A DNA stretch of 63,611 nucleotides, counting the filler. It is 8 parts of 8 records of this genome, joined end to end, with 100 filler letters (N's around TTAATTAATTAA, not from the genome) between each part and the next. Parts side by side here need not be neighbours in the genome. Positions count along the whole stretch, not along the records: positions 39,468 to 50,657 come from SRR31156797_3343; 7 more parts are not named here. The stretch is one strand, 5' to 3'. A program made the translations under genes and the position numbers. The notes beneath the pieces were generated by a model. It was not told the origin of the DNA, did not search any database, and saw only the letters and a program-made list of their open reading frames with translations. Of this stretch, positions 41,551 through 49,014 are shown in pieces. How positions within the stretch are numbered: the first letter of the stretch is position 1; the number at the start of each line of letters is the position of its first letter.

Positions 41551-41976
41551 ATGAACACAGTAGCAAGGGGAACGGTTGCAGAGCTAATGGTTGCGACCGA
41601 ACTATCAAAAAGCGAATTAACGGTTTGTTTTCCGTTAAATCATAGCTCAGAGTATGACTTAATTGTTGACACCGAGAATGGACTTAAAAAAGTTCAGGTG
41701 AAAAGAGCCTACAAAACGAACAACCACGGAAAGATGGTTCTATGTGTTGAGACGAGAAGAATTTTTGTTAAACACTCTGGTAAAAAAGGAAGTGTTGTTC
41801 GCAGATATTCAGAGAATGGTTATGATTTCTTGATAGCTTGTGATGTTGATAGTAATACTTTCTGGATTATACCAAAGAGTGTTGCGTCAAAATACAAGGC
41901 ACAAATATACCTAACTGCCAAAATGGAGCAGTATAAAAATCAGTGGTCTCTGGTGGGGATAGATGTAAGTTCTTAA
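41551..41976 (+). CDS. PD-(D/E)XK endonuclease, I-Ssp6803I/PDDEXK_5-like homing endonuclease
   Basis: G..AE..V...L......V..P......YDLIVD...LKKVQVK...Y....YDFLIACD....FWIIP. Confidence 0.88.
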   Translation: MNTVARGTVAELMVATELSKSELTVCFPLNHSSEYDLIVDTENGLKKVQVKRAYKTNNHGKMVLCVETRRIFVKHSGKKGSVVRRYSENGYDFLIACDVDSNTFWIIPKSVASKYKAQIYLTAKMEQYKNQWSLVGIDVSS

Positions 41977-42128
41977 TGACTATACGAGTACATCTACCTT
42001 AACTAGGTAGCTCTGAGCTGGGAAGCATGACCAATTTATTGGTACTACTGTCGGTCAGTAGTTAAAGTTGGCTTTTAAATAACCAGTCTCGGCAAATCCC
42101 TGCCTCAATTATGTAACTTATAGTTAAT

Positions 42129-42298
42129 AATTGTTTGTTAAGCAGAGAGAGTGGCGGACTGTGAGCCGTAAATCGATTATGTACTTGGTAAATACTGTAA
42201 GTTGGTATCAGTAACCTTGGTACAAGGAGTTTGTTGGTTCGAATCCAACCCAAGTACCCGCAAGTCAAACCTTGCCTCTCTCTGTTTAGTTAATAATT
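42129..42298 (+). ncRNA. tRNA-like ncRNA (outer shell) containing a nested tRNA-like cloverleaf
   Basis: TAAGCAGAGAGAG/CTCTCTCTGTTTA closing stem, TGGCGGA, GCAAG-TCAAAC-CTTGC. Confidence 0.65.
42181..42258 (+). tRNA. tRNA-like/pseudo-tRNA with collapsed anticodon loop (identity undetermined)
   Basis: GTACTTGG/CCAAGTAC acceptor, TACTG/CAGTA D-stem with GG loop, CCTTG-GTA-CAAGG, GTTGG-TTCGAAT-CCAAC T-arm. Confidence 0.6.
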
Positions 42299-42310
42299 AA
42301 AGATAAAGAA

Positions 42311-42418
42311 ATGGATATAGAACAAAAGATTTATTTGCTACTCGCAGGATTTTTCATAGGAGGAATTTGTGGAATTATTATTCTCGGTCATATTACGGAC
42401 AATTTATTCGCAAAATAA
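42311..42418 (+). CDS. 35-aa single-TM phage protein
   Basis: MDIEQKIYLLLAGFFIGGICGIIILG...; preceded by the junction motif; below the ORF-track cutoff. Confidence 0.55.
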   Translation: MDIEQKIYLLLAGFFIGGICGIIILGHITDNLFAK

Positions 42419-42436
42419 TTAATTAAAGATAAAGAA

Positions 42437-42580
42437 ATGTCTAAAAATAAATGCGAACATAAAAGACTAATAAAAGATAAAAAAACAGATTTTATATATT
42501 GTGAAGATTGTTTGATGTGCTTTAAGAATGGAAAGTGGATAACCAAAGAGGAATACAGAAAAAAATATCTTAATAATTAA
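42437..42580 (+). CDS. 47-aa Cys/His (Zn-binding-like) phage protein
   Basis: MSKNKCEHK...YCEDC...; preceded by the junction motif. Confidence 0.55.
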   Translation: MSKNKCEHKRLIKDKKTDFIYCEDCLMCFKNGKWITKEEYRKKYLNN

Positions 42581-42591
42581 AGATAAAAAGG

Positions 42592-42792
42592 ATGAAACAA
42601 AAAATTCGCTCAACATTAAATGCCTCACCTCATTGTTTAGCTGGATGTTTCGATTGCGGTTGGCAGGGAGGAGATAGCCAAGACAGTTATGAAGCACGTT
42701 TGGCACTATTTAGACATTTAAGAAAAGAAAAATGTAAAAAGGGATATTTGGAAGTTGGTAGAGTTTCTTATTATGAGGTTATTAATAAATAA
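42592..42792 (+). CDS. Small phage protein with CxxC
   Basis: CFDCGW...H; junction motif upstream. Confidence 0.6.
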   Translation: MKQKIRSTLNASPHCLAGCFDCGWQGGDSQDSYEARLALFRHLRKEKCKKGYLEVGRVSYYEVINK

Positions 42793-42793
42793 T

Positions 42794-42954
42794 TTAGAAC
42801 ATTAAAACTCTTAGGGTAGTGGAGGTAAGACCGTGCTAACTCGCCATTAGTTAAGAAAGCCTGAAGATTTAGGCGTAAGGCTTTTAGCGGAATAGGGAGA
42901 GCAAGAAATAAACTACAATCCTACTTGCCTATCCTAAGAATTTAAGTGTTTTAA
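42794..42954 (+). ncRNA. Third tRNA-elbow-like long-stem RNA (degenerate)
   Basis: TTAGAACATTAAA..TCTTAGGGTAG/CTATCCTAAGA..TTTAA.TGTTTTAA; TGGAGG; GCAAG...CTTGC. Confidence 0.55.
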
Positions 42955-42969
42955 GAAGTAATAAAAACT

Positions 42970-43161
42970 ATGAAGAAAGAATATATAAGAATTTTTAAAG
43001 ATAAAAATGGAGAGTTTGATTTTGGCATATCGGGGAATATACGAGAAATAAAAAGCGAAGAATTAGCACGGTTTCGATCGATAGTTGTTACTGCAATCTA
43101 TGTAGCTGAAGATATGTGGAGGCGTGAACAAAATAACGATGCAGACTGTGTAAAACCTTAA
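42970..43161 (+). CDS. Hypothetical phage protein
   Basis: 63-aa ORF in the gene string. Confidence 0.6.
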   Translation: MKKEYIRIFKDKNGEFDFGISGNIREIKSEELARFRSIVVTAIYVAEDMWRREQNNDADCVKP

Positions 43162-43177
43162 AAAGTAATAAAGAAAG

Positions 43178-43408
43178 ATGAAGAAAAAGATTTGGGGAAT
43201 TTCAATTATAGTAGTCTTTATATTCTTGATTAATTTAATGGGTAATACTTGCAATAACAACCCAGAAGCTAATATATGTTTCTTGCCGAGTGGTTTGCAG
43301 GTTATTTGCATTATATTATTTGCTGTGTTTGTAACATTTGTGTATATGATTGTTTCCTCTTTATTCTTAAATGTAATTTTCCAAGATAAGAATAAGCCTA
43401 AATTTTAA
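43178..43408 (+). CDS. Small 2-TM phage membrane protein
   Basis: Two hydrophobic helices; junction motif upstream. Confidence 0.6.
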   Translation: MKKKIWGISIIVVFIFLINLMGNTCNNNPEANICFLPSGLQVICIILFAVFVTFVYMIVSSLFLNVIFQDKNKPKF

Positions 43409-43424
43409 TCAGTAATAAAGAAAG

Positions 43425-43598
43425 ATGTTAAAAACAACCAAAGCCAAAGACTGTAAATGTATTGATTGCGGAAAACCAGCCGTTGCATTTTTCCCTGTTT
43501 GTGACCCTGATATACCTAGTCATCCATTTTGTCGCAAATGTCTTGACGAACATAAATTTGAATTAATGATGAAACTTCAAAAAATAGATAATCAGTAA
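43425..43598 (+). CDS. 57-aa Zn-finger-like phage protein
   Basis: Manual translation MLKTTKAKDCKCIDCGKPA...PFCRKCLD; junction motif upstream. Confidence 0.6.
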   Translation: MLKTTKAKDCKCIDCGKPAVAFFPVCDPDIPSHPFCRKCLDEHKFELMMKLQKIDNQ

Positions 43599-43919
43599 GA
43601 ATCCTAACCCCCAAAATCTTAAAGATTTGCCACCTAGAATCGATTTAAACCCCCTACCACGTTAAATCATACCAAATCAGCGTTTCTCATCAATACAGAG
43701 CCTCATAATCAATAATTCCAAAATATGCCAAATAAGAAAAAAAGACTCGGACACGACCATCATAAAAGAGTTGCCCAAAGAGCCAGAACAAGAATAAACC
43801 AAATCAAGAAATACACTAAGCTAATCAAAGAAAATCCCGACCATAAAGACGTTCCTATCTGGAAAAAGAAGATAGAGGAAATCAGCTAAATTTCAATATA
43901 TAATAAGTAAAATAGAAAA

Positions 43920-44429
43920 ATGAAGAAGTATTTATTAATCATTCCAGTATTATTCCTGTTGGTCTTTGGTTTATCTGGTTGTGCAGAGACACAAAAATCG
44001 TCAGATAAACAAATGCAGGATAAAACTGAAAAGCAAATGAAAGAATTAAATAGTCAGGTAGGCTTGCCAGCTATCACAAATTATCAAGAAAAGAAATTAG
44101 CCAAACAGATATTCGAGTTGAGAGATAGGGAAGATTTAATCACTTATGCCTATATAGTCAATAAGATGACTGGTGAGCTAGTGTTTATTGGGAAGTGTTT
44201 AGGATTTGGATTGCCGTATTCCGTTCAGTACACAAATCCCATGAAGACAGGTAGGAGTTATCAAGGTGGATTTGAAATTTTACCACAAGCAGACCCTAAT
44301 GGATTATTTATGCCTGAAGGTTTATCAGCCACTTGGTTAATGATTATAGATGATAATGGTGAGCCACACCCAGTTTATATTGAGCCTGAAATAATCGTTT
44401 CTCCATTCCCATTAACAAATAATGAATGA
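43920..44429 (+). CDS. Phage lipoprotein
   Basis: LSGC lipobox; GFGLPYSVQYTNP, PQADPNGLF, TW, YIEP. Confidence 0.8.
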   Translation: MKKYLLIIPVLFLLVFGLSGCAETQKSSDKQMQDKTEKQMKELNSQVGLPAITNYQEKKLAKQIFELRDREDLITYAYIVNKMTGELVFIGKCLGFGLPYSVQYTNPMKTGRSYQGGFEILPQADPNGLFMPEGLSATWLMIIDDNGEPHPVYIEPEIIVSPFPLTNNE

Positions 44430-44755
44430 CCATCCATATAATATATTATTGGGTAATAGCTGTTATTTTAGATTGGAGTTCTACTATATGTGTTCATAAC
44501 TATAAATATGAGGAGAACCCTTTTATGAGAAGCGTTTGGAAGAACTATGGTGATTTTGGTTTTACATTCGTTTCCATATTATTCGGAATAATTTATTCAA
44601 TAATATTGTATTTCGGGATAAAATTTGCGAAGCCCAAGTTGCCAATTTATATTGCATTTTTTCTGATGACGACATTTAAAATATTGATTGCTTTAACTAA
44701 CTTAGATGTGATTCAATATTGGCTAACTGGTTGGTTTCAATTTCCTAATCAATAA
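44426..44755 (+). CDS. Small membrane protein (DUF5658-like)
   Basis: LDWSST...EENPFM followed by TM helices. Confidence 0.55.
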   Translation: MTIHIIYYWVIAVILDWSSTICVHNYKYEENPFMRSVWKNYGDFGFTFVSILFGIIYSIILYFGIKFAKPKLPIYIAFFLMTTFKILIALTNLDVIQYWLTGWFQFPNQ

Positions 44756-44764
44756 TGAAAAATA

Positions 44765-45082
44765 ATGAAAATACTTTTATCAATCGTAGCCTTTATAGTA
44801 TTATTTGTTGGAGTGATGTTTGGATTGCAAATGCTTGGCTTAGTGAATTACGGATTCTTTGCTCCAAAATATGAAAAGGTTAGACGTGAAGTTTATGAGA
44901 ATACGCAAAGTTATGTAGAGGGGAAGAGGCAAGAAATCGTTAAGTACAAACTTGAATATGAATTAGCTGAAACACCTCAAGATAAAACGGCGATTAAAAA
45001 TACTATCCTACAAACAACTGCCAATCTTGATTTATCATTACTTCCACCTGATTTAGAAAGTTTCGTTCTAAGTCTACGATAG
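44765..45082 (+). CDS. Membrane-anchored phage protein
   Basis: N-terminal TM, PKYEKVRREVYENTQSYVEG. Confidence 0.7.
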   Translation: MKILLSIVAFIVLFVGVMFGLQMLGLVNYGFFAPKYEKVRREVYENTQSYVEGKRQEIVKYKLEYELAETPQDKTAIKNTILQTTANLDLSLLPPDLESFVLSLR

Positions 45083-45178
45083 TTTGTTTCTGTGACTGAT
45101 AACTGTCAGTCACAATAAGCAAATTACCTCTTTCTAAGCTTGTGTTTACAACCATGAACCCAAGCTAAAGGAGGAGGT

Positions 45179-45349
45179 ATGGAAGAATCTAAATTTTGGC
45201 AGGATTTAAAATCCGGCAAGTTCGTTAACATGATTAAGGAGTCTGCCCCAGGGCGGACACTCGGAAGCTCCGAACAAGCTTTTAACATTCTCAAACCCCT
45301 AGCCCTCCTCAAATTAATTATTAGTTTAAATATATGGATGAACAAATAG
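45179..45349 (+). pseudogene. Possible truncated RadC/JAB-family N-terminal fragment
   Basis: Strong GGAGGAGG RBS; MIKESAPGRTLGSSEQAFNILKPL then an abrupt shift to AT-rich sequence; no JAB motif. Confidence 0.35.
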
Positions 45350-45470
45350 AAGAAGCAATATGTCATTTAATTGAAACCTCTGAAGATAAAAACGCTCAAA
45401 TAGAAATAGCTAAAATTGAAGGCTATATATACGGTCTATTGGATGCTATTAAAAAATTAAAACAATAAAG

Positions 45471-45728
45471 ATGAATAAAGAAAAAGCACTAAAAACTATT
45501 AGAGATTATATCGCAAAACATAAGATAGGAATAAAACTAAACCGAACCAATATCTATCAAGATAAATGGTTTCCTGAAATGTTTGCTAATTATAAAACTA
45601 TAGATTCTTTTTCCTTTCGTCGTGATTGGTTTTTGCAACCATTCGATTTCATCAAATCTAAAAAGGCTTGTGATAAATTTATAATAGACTGTGAAAAAGA
45701 GCTAATGTATTTGTTTTTAGAGCAGTAA
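45471..45728 (+). CDS. Hypothetical phage protein
   Basis: 85-aa ORF, ATAAAGATG start context. Confidence 0.6.
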   Translation: MNKEKALKTIRDYIAKHKIGIKLNRTNIYQDKWFPEMFANYKTIDSFSFRRDWFLQPFDFIKSKKACDKFIIDCEKELMYLFLEQ

Positions 45729-45852
45729 TTCAACCACCCTAAGTACCTACTCTATGATATACCCCGCTAGGGTAGCCAAAAGCACCCCCCGCTTTCGTTC
45801 CGCTTTTCAGATATAGCCACCGAAAGGGGCTAATCTAAGTATTATTTTTGTT

Positions 45853-45974
45853 GGGGCAGGACGGATGGGGTCTTGACTCGTTCCTCGTGCAATCCCCCGC
45901 AACATGAATTTAGCTCGGAATAAACACGAACATAAACCCATGTTGCGGGGGATTGCATCCCACCGCTCCGCCCC
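45853..45974. repeat. GC-rich long inverted repeat
   Basis: Perfect 19-bp arms TGCAATCCCCCGCAACATG (45888-45906) / 45939-45957, plus an imperfect outer stem. Confidence 0.85.
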
Positions 45975-46076
45975 GTTTGTGAATTTTTGTTCTATATAAT
46001 TAAGAACTTATTATTAATCTTATCCACATGAGTGAGCAACTTTTGATAAGAGGTTGCTCTCTTATGTGCCAAAACA

Positions 46077-46529
46077 ATGAAGTATAAAAAATGTACGAAG
46101 TGTAAAAGGACGTTGCCACTTAGTGAATTTCAAAAAGACAGGACTAGAGGAGTAGACGGATATAAATATCGTTGTAGAGAATGTAGGCATGAACAAAAAG
46201 TTGAATATCTTAAAACAGAAAAAGGTAAAAGGTTAAGTAACGAATATGCTCGTAACTATATAAAAAAATATCCTGAAAAATATAAAGAATATTTAAAACA
46301 ATGGAGAAATAATAATCCTGAAAAAGTAAAAGCCCACGGTATTTTTACCAGAGCTATAAAAAACGGAATTTTGAAAAGAGAGCCTTGTGTTGTGTGCGGT
46401 AATGAAAAATCAGAAGGTCATCATTATGACTACTCAAAACCCTTAAATGTTATTTGGTTATGCAAGCGTCATCATGTAGCTGTGCATAAAAATAGGCTGA
46501 ATATAATAAATTATTTTAAACAACAATGA
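46077..46529 (+). CDS. Phage HNH-like endonuclease/Zn-binding protein
   Basis: CTKCK...CREC N-terminus; PCVVCG....EGHHYDYSKPL.V.WLCKRHH...H. Confidence 0.8.
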   Translation: MKYKKCTKCKRTLPLSEFQKDRTRGVDGYKYRCRECRHEQKVEYLKTEKGKRLSNEYARNYIKKYPEKYKEYLKQWRNNNPEKVKAHGIFTRAIKNGILKREPCVVCGNEKSEGHHYDYSKPLNVIWLCKRHHVAVHKNRLNIINYFKQQ

Positions 46530-46747
46530 ATATCATAATCACAAAACACGCTAGAGAAAGGATTAAGGAAAGAGTGAAATTTACTGTTTCTCAAAAGTGG
46601 ATTGAAAATCTATGGAATACAGGAGAGCCAATAAAACGATTTGATAAATATGGTTTTGGAAATATGTTTTCTATTAGATATAAGAAATATATATTTTTGT
46701 TTAGTTTAGATAAGGATATATATTTAGTTACTGTATATAATTTGTAA
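46526..46747 (+). CDS. Small protein with T.HA.ER motif (possible RelE-like fold)
   Basis: IITKHARERIKER...LVTVY. Confidence 0.5.
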   Translation: MNIIITKHARERIKERVKFTVSQKWIENLWNTGEPIKRFDKYGFGNMFSIRYKKYIFLFSLDKDIYLVTVYNL

Positions 46748-46756
46748 AACTTTTCT

Positions 46757-47467
46757 ATGATAATCTCAAGACCAATCATCAGAGACTTTATAGGCACTCA
46801 TGAACAGGGTGTTATTTGGGCTACTCCTCAAAACATCACCCATCTCTTTTGCGGAAAATATGACCAAACGTTCTATCTCAATTATGCCAAGCCTGAAATG
46901 AGAAAAATGAGCCTTTTAGAATATGATAGGGAGAACGCATTAACGGCAATTTATAAAAACTTAAATACTGCTTATGTTTTGCGTGGTTCTTCAAGAAAGG
47001 CTTTACCAGAAAGGAACTTTTATTTTAAGCACAACAACTATTTAAGAAACATTTTAGCCATACTTTATCGTGAGTGTGGATTTAAGGGTGATATTCAGAT
47101 TCCTACTAAAAAATTTCCTAATAAGAAAAAAGCAGACGCTAAGTTTAACGAGTTTCATATCGAAATGGATATGGGTAAAAAAAGCTATGCAGACCTAGAA
47201 AAACAAATAAAGAAATACGCTAATCGTGAACCAGGCAGAGTGATTTATATATTTTCCCATTCACAAGATAGGGAAGATTTAGAACCCGCAAGACTGGAAA
47301 AAGCAAGGGAACTGATACCAATCGCATTTTTGAAAACAATGGGGGGAATAATGAAAAATAAAATTCTCCTCAATACATATTCGGACTTTATTAAGACTCA
47401 TAAAATTTATAATTTTAAAGGCGAAGATAAGACCGATTTATTGCCTTATATAAGGGCAAAATCGTAA
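46757..47467 (+). CDS. Replication-relaxation (Replic_Relax)-like PD-(D/E)XK protein
   Basis: FKH...L...ADA...FHIEMDMG..S...L..QI..Y. Confidence 0.65.
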   Translation: MIISRPIIRDFIGTHEQGVIWATPQNITHLFCGKYDQTFYLNYAKPEMRKMSLLEYDRENALTAIYKNLNTAYVLRGSSRKALPERNFYFKHNNYLRNILAILYRECGFKGDIQIPTKKFPNKKKADAKFNEFHIEMDMGKKSYADLEKQIKKYANREPGRVIYIFSHSQDREDLEPARLEKARELIPIAFLKTMGGIMKNKILLNTYSDFIKTHKIYNFKGEDKTDLLPYIRAKS

Positions 47468-47491
47468 GTGTTTGTAATTGCTAGAAAAAAC

Positions 47492-47520
47492 TTGACAATA
47501 TTATATAACGGGTGTAGAAT
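47492..47520 (+). promoter_or_regulatory. Sigma70-like promoter
   Basis: TTGACA-17 bp-TAGAAT. Confidence 0.75.
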
Positions 47521-47638
47521 TAGGTTAGAAGTTAAGATTAGTTAAGTGTCCTAGACATTATCAATCTGAAGCTTCCACCAAACAACTTGTTATATCTGTT
47601 TTAAGAATAATCAGTTGTATAAATATTAATATATAAAT

Positions 47639-48187
47639 ATGAGTAAAGAAGAATATTTGGAGCTGTTTAATAAGCTAAAAGTTTATGAAAATAAATGCAA
47701 AAATGATTTTCCACTTCATTTAGGCGATTATGTAGAATATGAGAAACGAGAAAAAACTGAAGAGAGAGACGCTGAATGGGGACAAGGAATAATAAGTTCA
47801 GTATTTTTTGAAGATGAGAAAGGGGAAGCTTATGCTGTTGTGAAAGATAAGGCAAGCGATAAATGGGTAACATTCGGAGATAAGCGAAGCTTTTATCAAG
47901 AGGATATTGGAAAAAGAATTAGAGAAGTTAAAAATCCCGTTTCCATAGAACAGGTTGAAAAAATACAAGATGAATTATGGAATTTAGAAAGCGATAAAAA
48001 ACTAACTAGGGAACAGTACGAAGATAAAAAAGAAAAATTTCAAAAACAAATATCGCAGTTACAAGATAAATGTATTCATAAATGGCAACAAGGAGGGTTT
48101 GTAAAGACAATTCGAACAACCTTTGGAGGAGAAACAGATGTTTACAGTTATATTTGTATGAATTGCGGAATGGAAAAAGAAGAATAA
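47639..48187 (+). CDS. Hypothetical phage protein with C-terminal CxH...CxxC
   Basis: 182-aa ORF downstream of the promoter. Confidence 0.7.
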   Translation: MSKEEYLELFNKLKVYENKCKNDFPLHLGDYVEYEKREKTEERDAEWGQGIISSVFFEDEKGEAYAVVKDKASDKWVTFGDKRSFYQEDIGKRIREVKNPVSIEQVEKIQDELWNLESDKKLTREQYEDKKEKFQKQISQLQDKCIHKWQQGGFVKTIRTTFGGETDVYSYICMNCGMEKEE

Positions 48188-48355
48188 TATTTAATTCTAT
48201 CAAATGACAATACCTGATTACATAGACGCTTATAAAAACGCAACCACCTTTGAGGAATTTGTAGAGAATGTAAAAGACCAACTTGGAGAGAATGAAATTG
48301 ACGAGGTAGAGGTTGCCGAGGCTTGGGACAGTTTAAATTTTGAATATGAAAACTA

Positions 48356-48640
48356 ATGAACAAAGAAGTTGAAAAAGCATTGGAGGAAATGCACCAAAAA
48401 AATCTTGAACTAGGTAAACAAATAGATGAAACTTTTGACGCCTTAAATAATGCCATAGACTTATTGGTAGTAGCTACTCAAACACAAGGAGAAATTATAG
48501 AGTCAAGTGTTGGTATTAAAAATGTTATTTCAGAAGTAAAATATTACTCGAAAAAGGGAAGCGATAAAGTTGATAAAAAAGGTGGTTCGACTGGAATAGG
48601 AGAAAAAAAGTTAAGGGAAAATTTATCATTAAATAAATAA
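48356..48640 (+). CDS. Hypothetical phage protein
   Basis: Coiled-coil N-terminus; ends in the junction motif. Confidence 0.6.
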   Translation: MNKEVEKALEEMHQKNLELGKQIDETFDALNNAIDLLVVATQTQGEIIESSVGIKNVISEVKYYSKKGSDKVDKKGGSTGIGEKKLRENLSLNK

Positions 48641-48642
48641 AG

Positions 48643-48996
48643 ATGAGAGATAGACAAAAATTTTGGAAAAAAAATGGATATACAGACGAACAGATTGAAA
48701 ATCATCTTAGATATGAAAGATATAAAGCAAAAGAAATTAGGGAAAAAAGAAAAAGAAATAATGAAGATAACAAGGAATTAATAAAGAAAATAAAAGACGA
48801 CCTCATAGGAAAGACATTTTTTGATAGAGATATTAGTATGAAAATATTAACAGTTAATCCAACAGTGGACGGAGTAGGGTTTTGGTTCAAAATGCACAGG
48901 GTATTTCCAGATAAAAGCGAAGGGGATTTTAGATACTTTAAAGACTTTGAGGGATATAATAGGGAGGAATTTATTGAAGACCTAAAATATTTATAA
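48643..48996 (+). CDS. Hypothetical phage protein
   Basis: 117-aa ORF with junction-motif start. Confidence 0.65.
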   Translation: MRDRQKFWKKNGYTDEQIENHLRYERYKAKEIREKRKRNNEDNKELIKKIKDDLIGKTFFDRDISMKILTVNPTVDGVGFWFKMHRVFPDKSEGDFRYFKDFEGYNREEFIEDLKYL

Positions 48997-49014
48997 TCCA
49001 TTAAATATATAAAG

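Larger units (their letters stand above)
41322..42132 (+). ncRNA. tRNA-like ncRNA with extended closing stem, interrupted by an endonuclease cassette
   Basis: AAGTTGCATAGTTGAG (41335-41350) pairs with CTCAATTATGTAACTT (42104-42119); D-arm TGGCGGAATAGGTAGACGC; T-stem GCAGGG (41465-41470)/CCCTGC (42098-42103). Confidence 0.7.

Noticed and set aside
41472-42091. Classical group I intron in a tRNA T-loop (boundaries U|...G fit, the nuclease family fits, GACTA resembles P7)
   Set aside because: I could not find a P1 U-G pair, the P4-P6 domain, an S element or P9. Only about 115 nt lie outside the ORF cassette, and the TGACT duplication explains the boundaries better. A covariance-model search is needed to exclude it fully.
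41344-42110. Functional tRNA-Leu
   Set aside because: The D-arm is Leu-like, but the anticodon region is about 95 nt with no canonical 7-nt loop, the T-loop carries an insert, and the acceptor is extended with no CCA.
45853-45974. tmRNA (GGGGC start, ...TCCGCCCC end)
   Set aside because: Too short, with no T-arm, no tag ORF and no pseudoknot region; it is a simple long hairpin.
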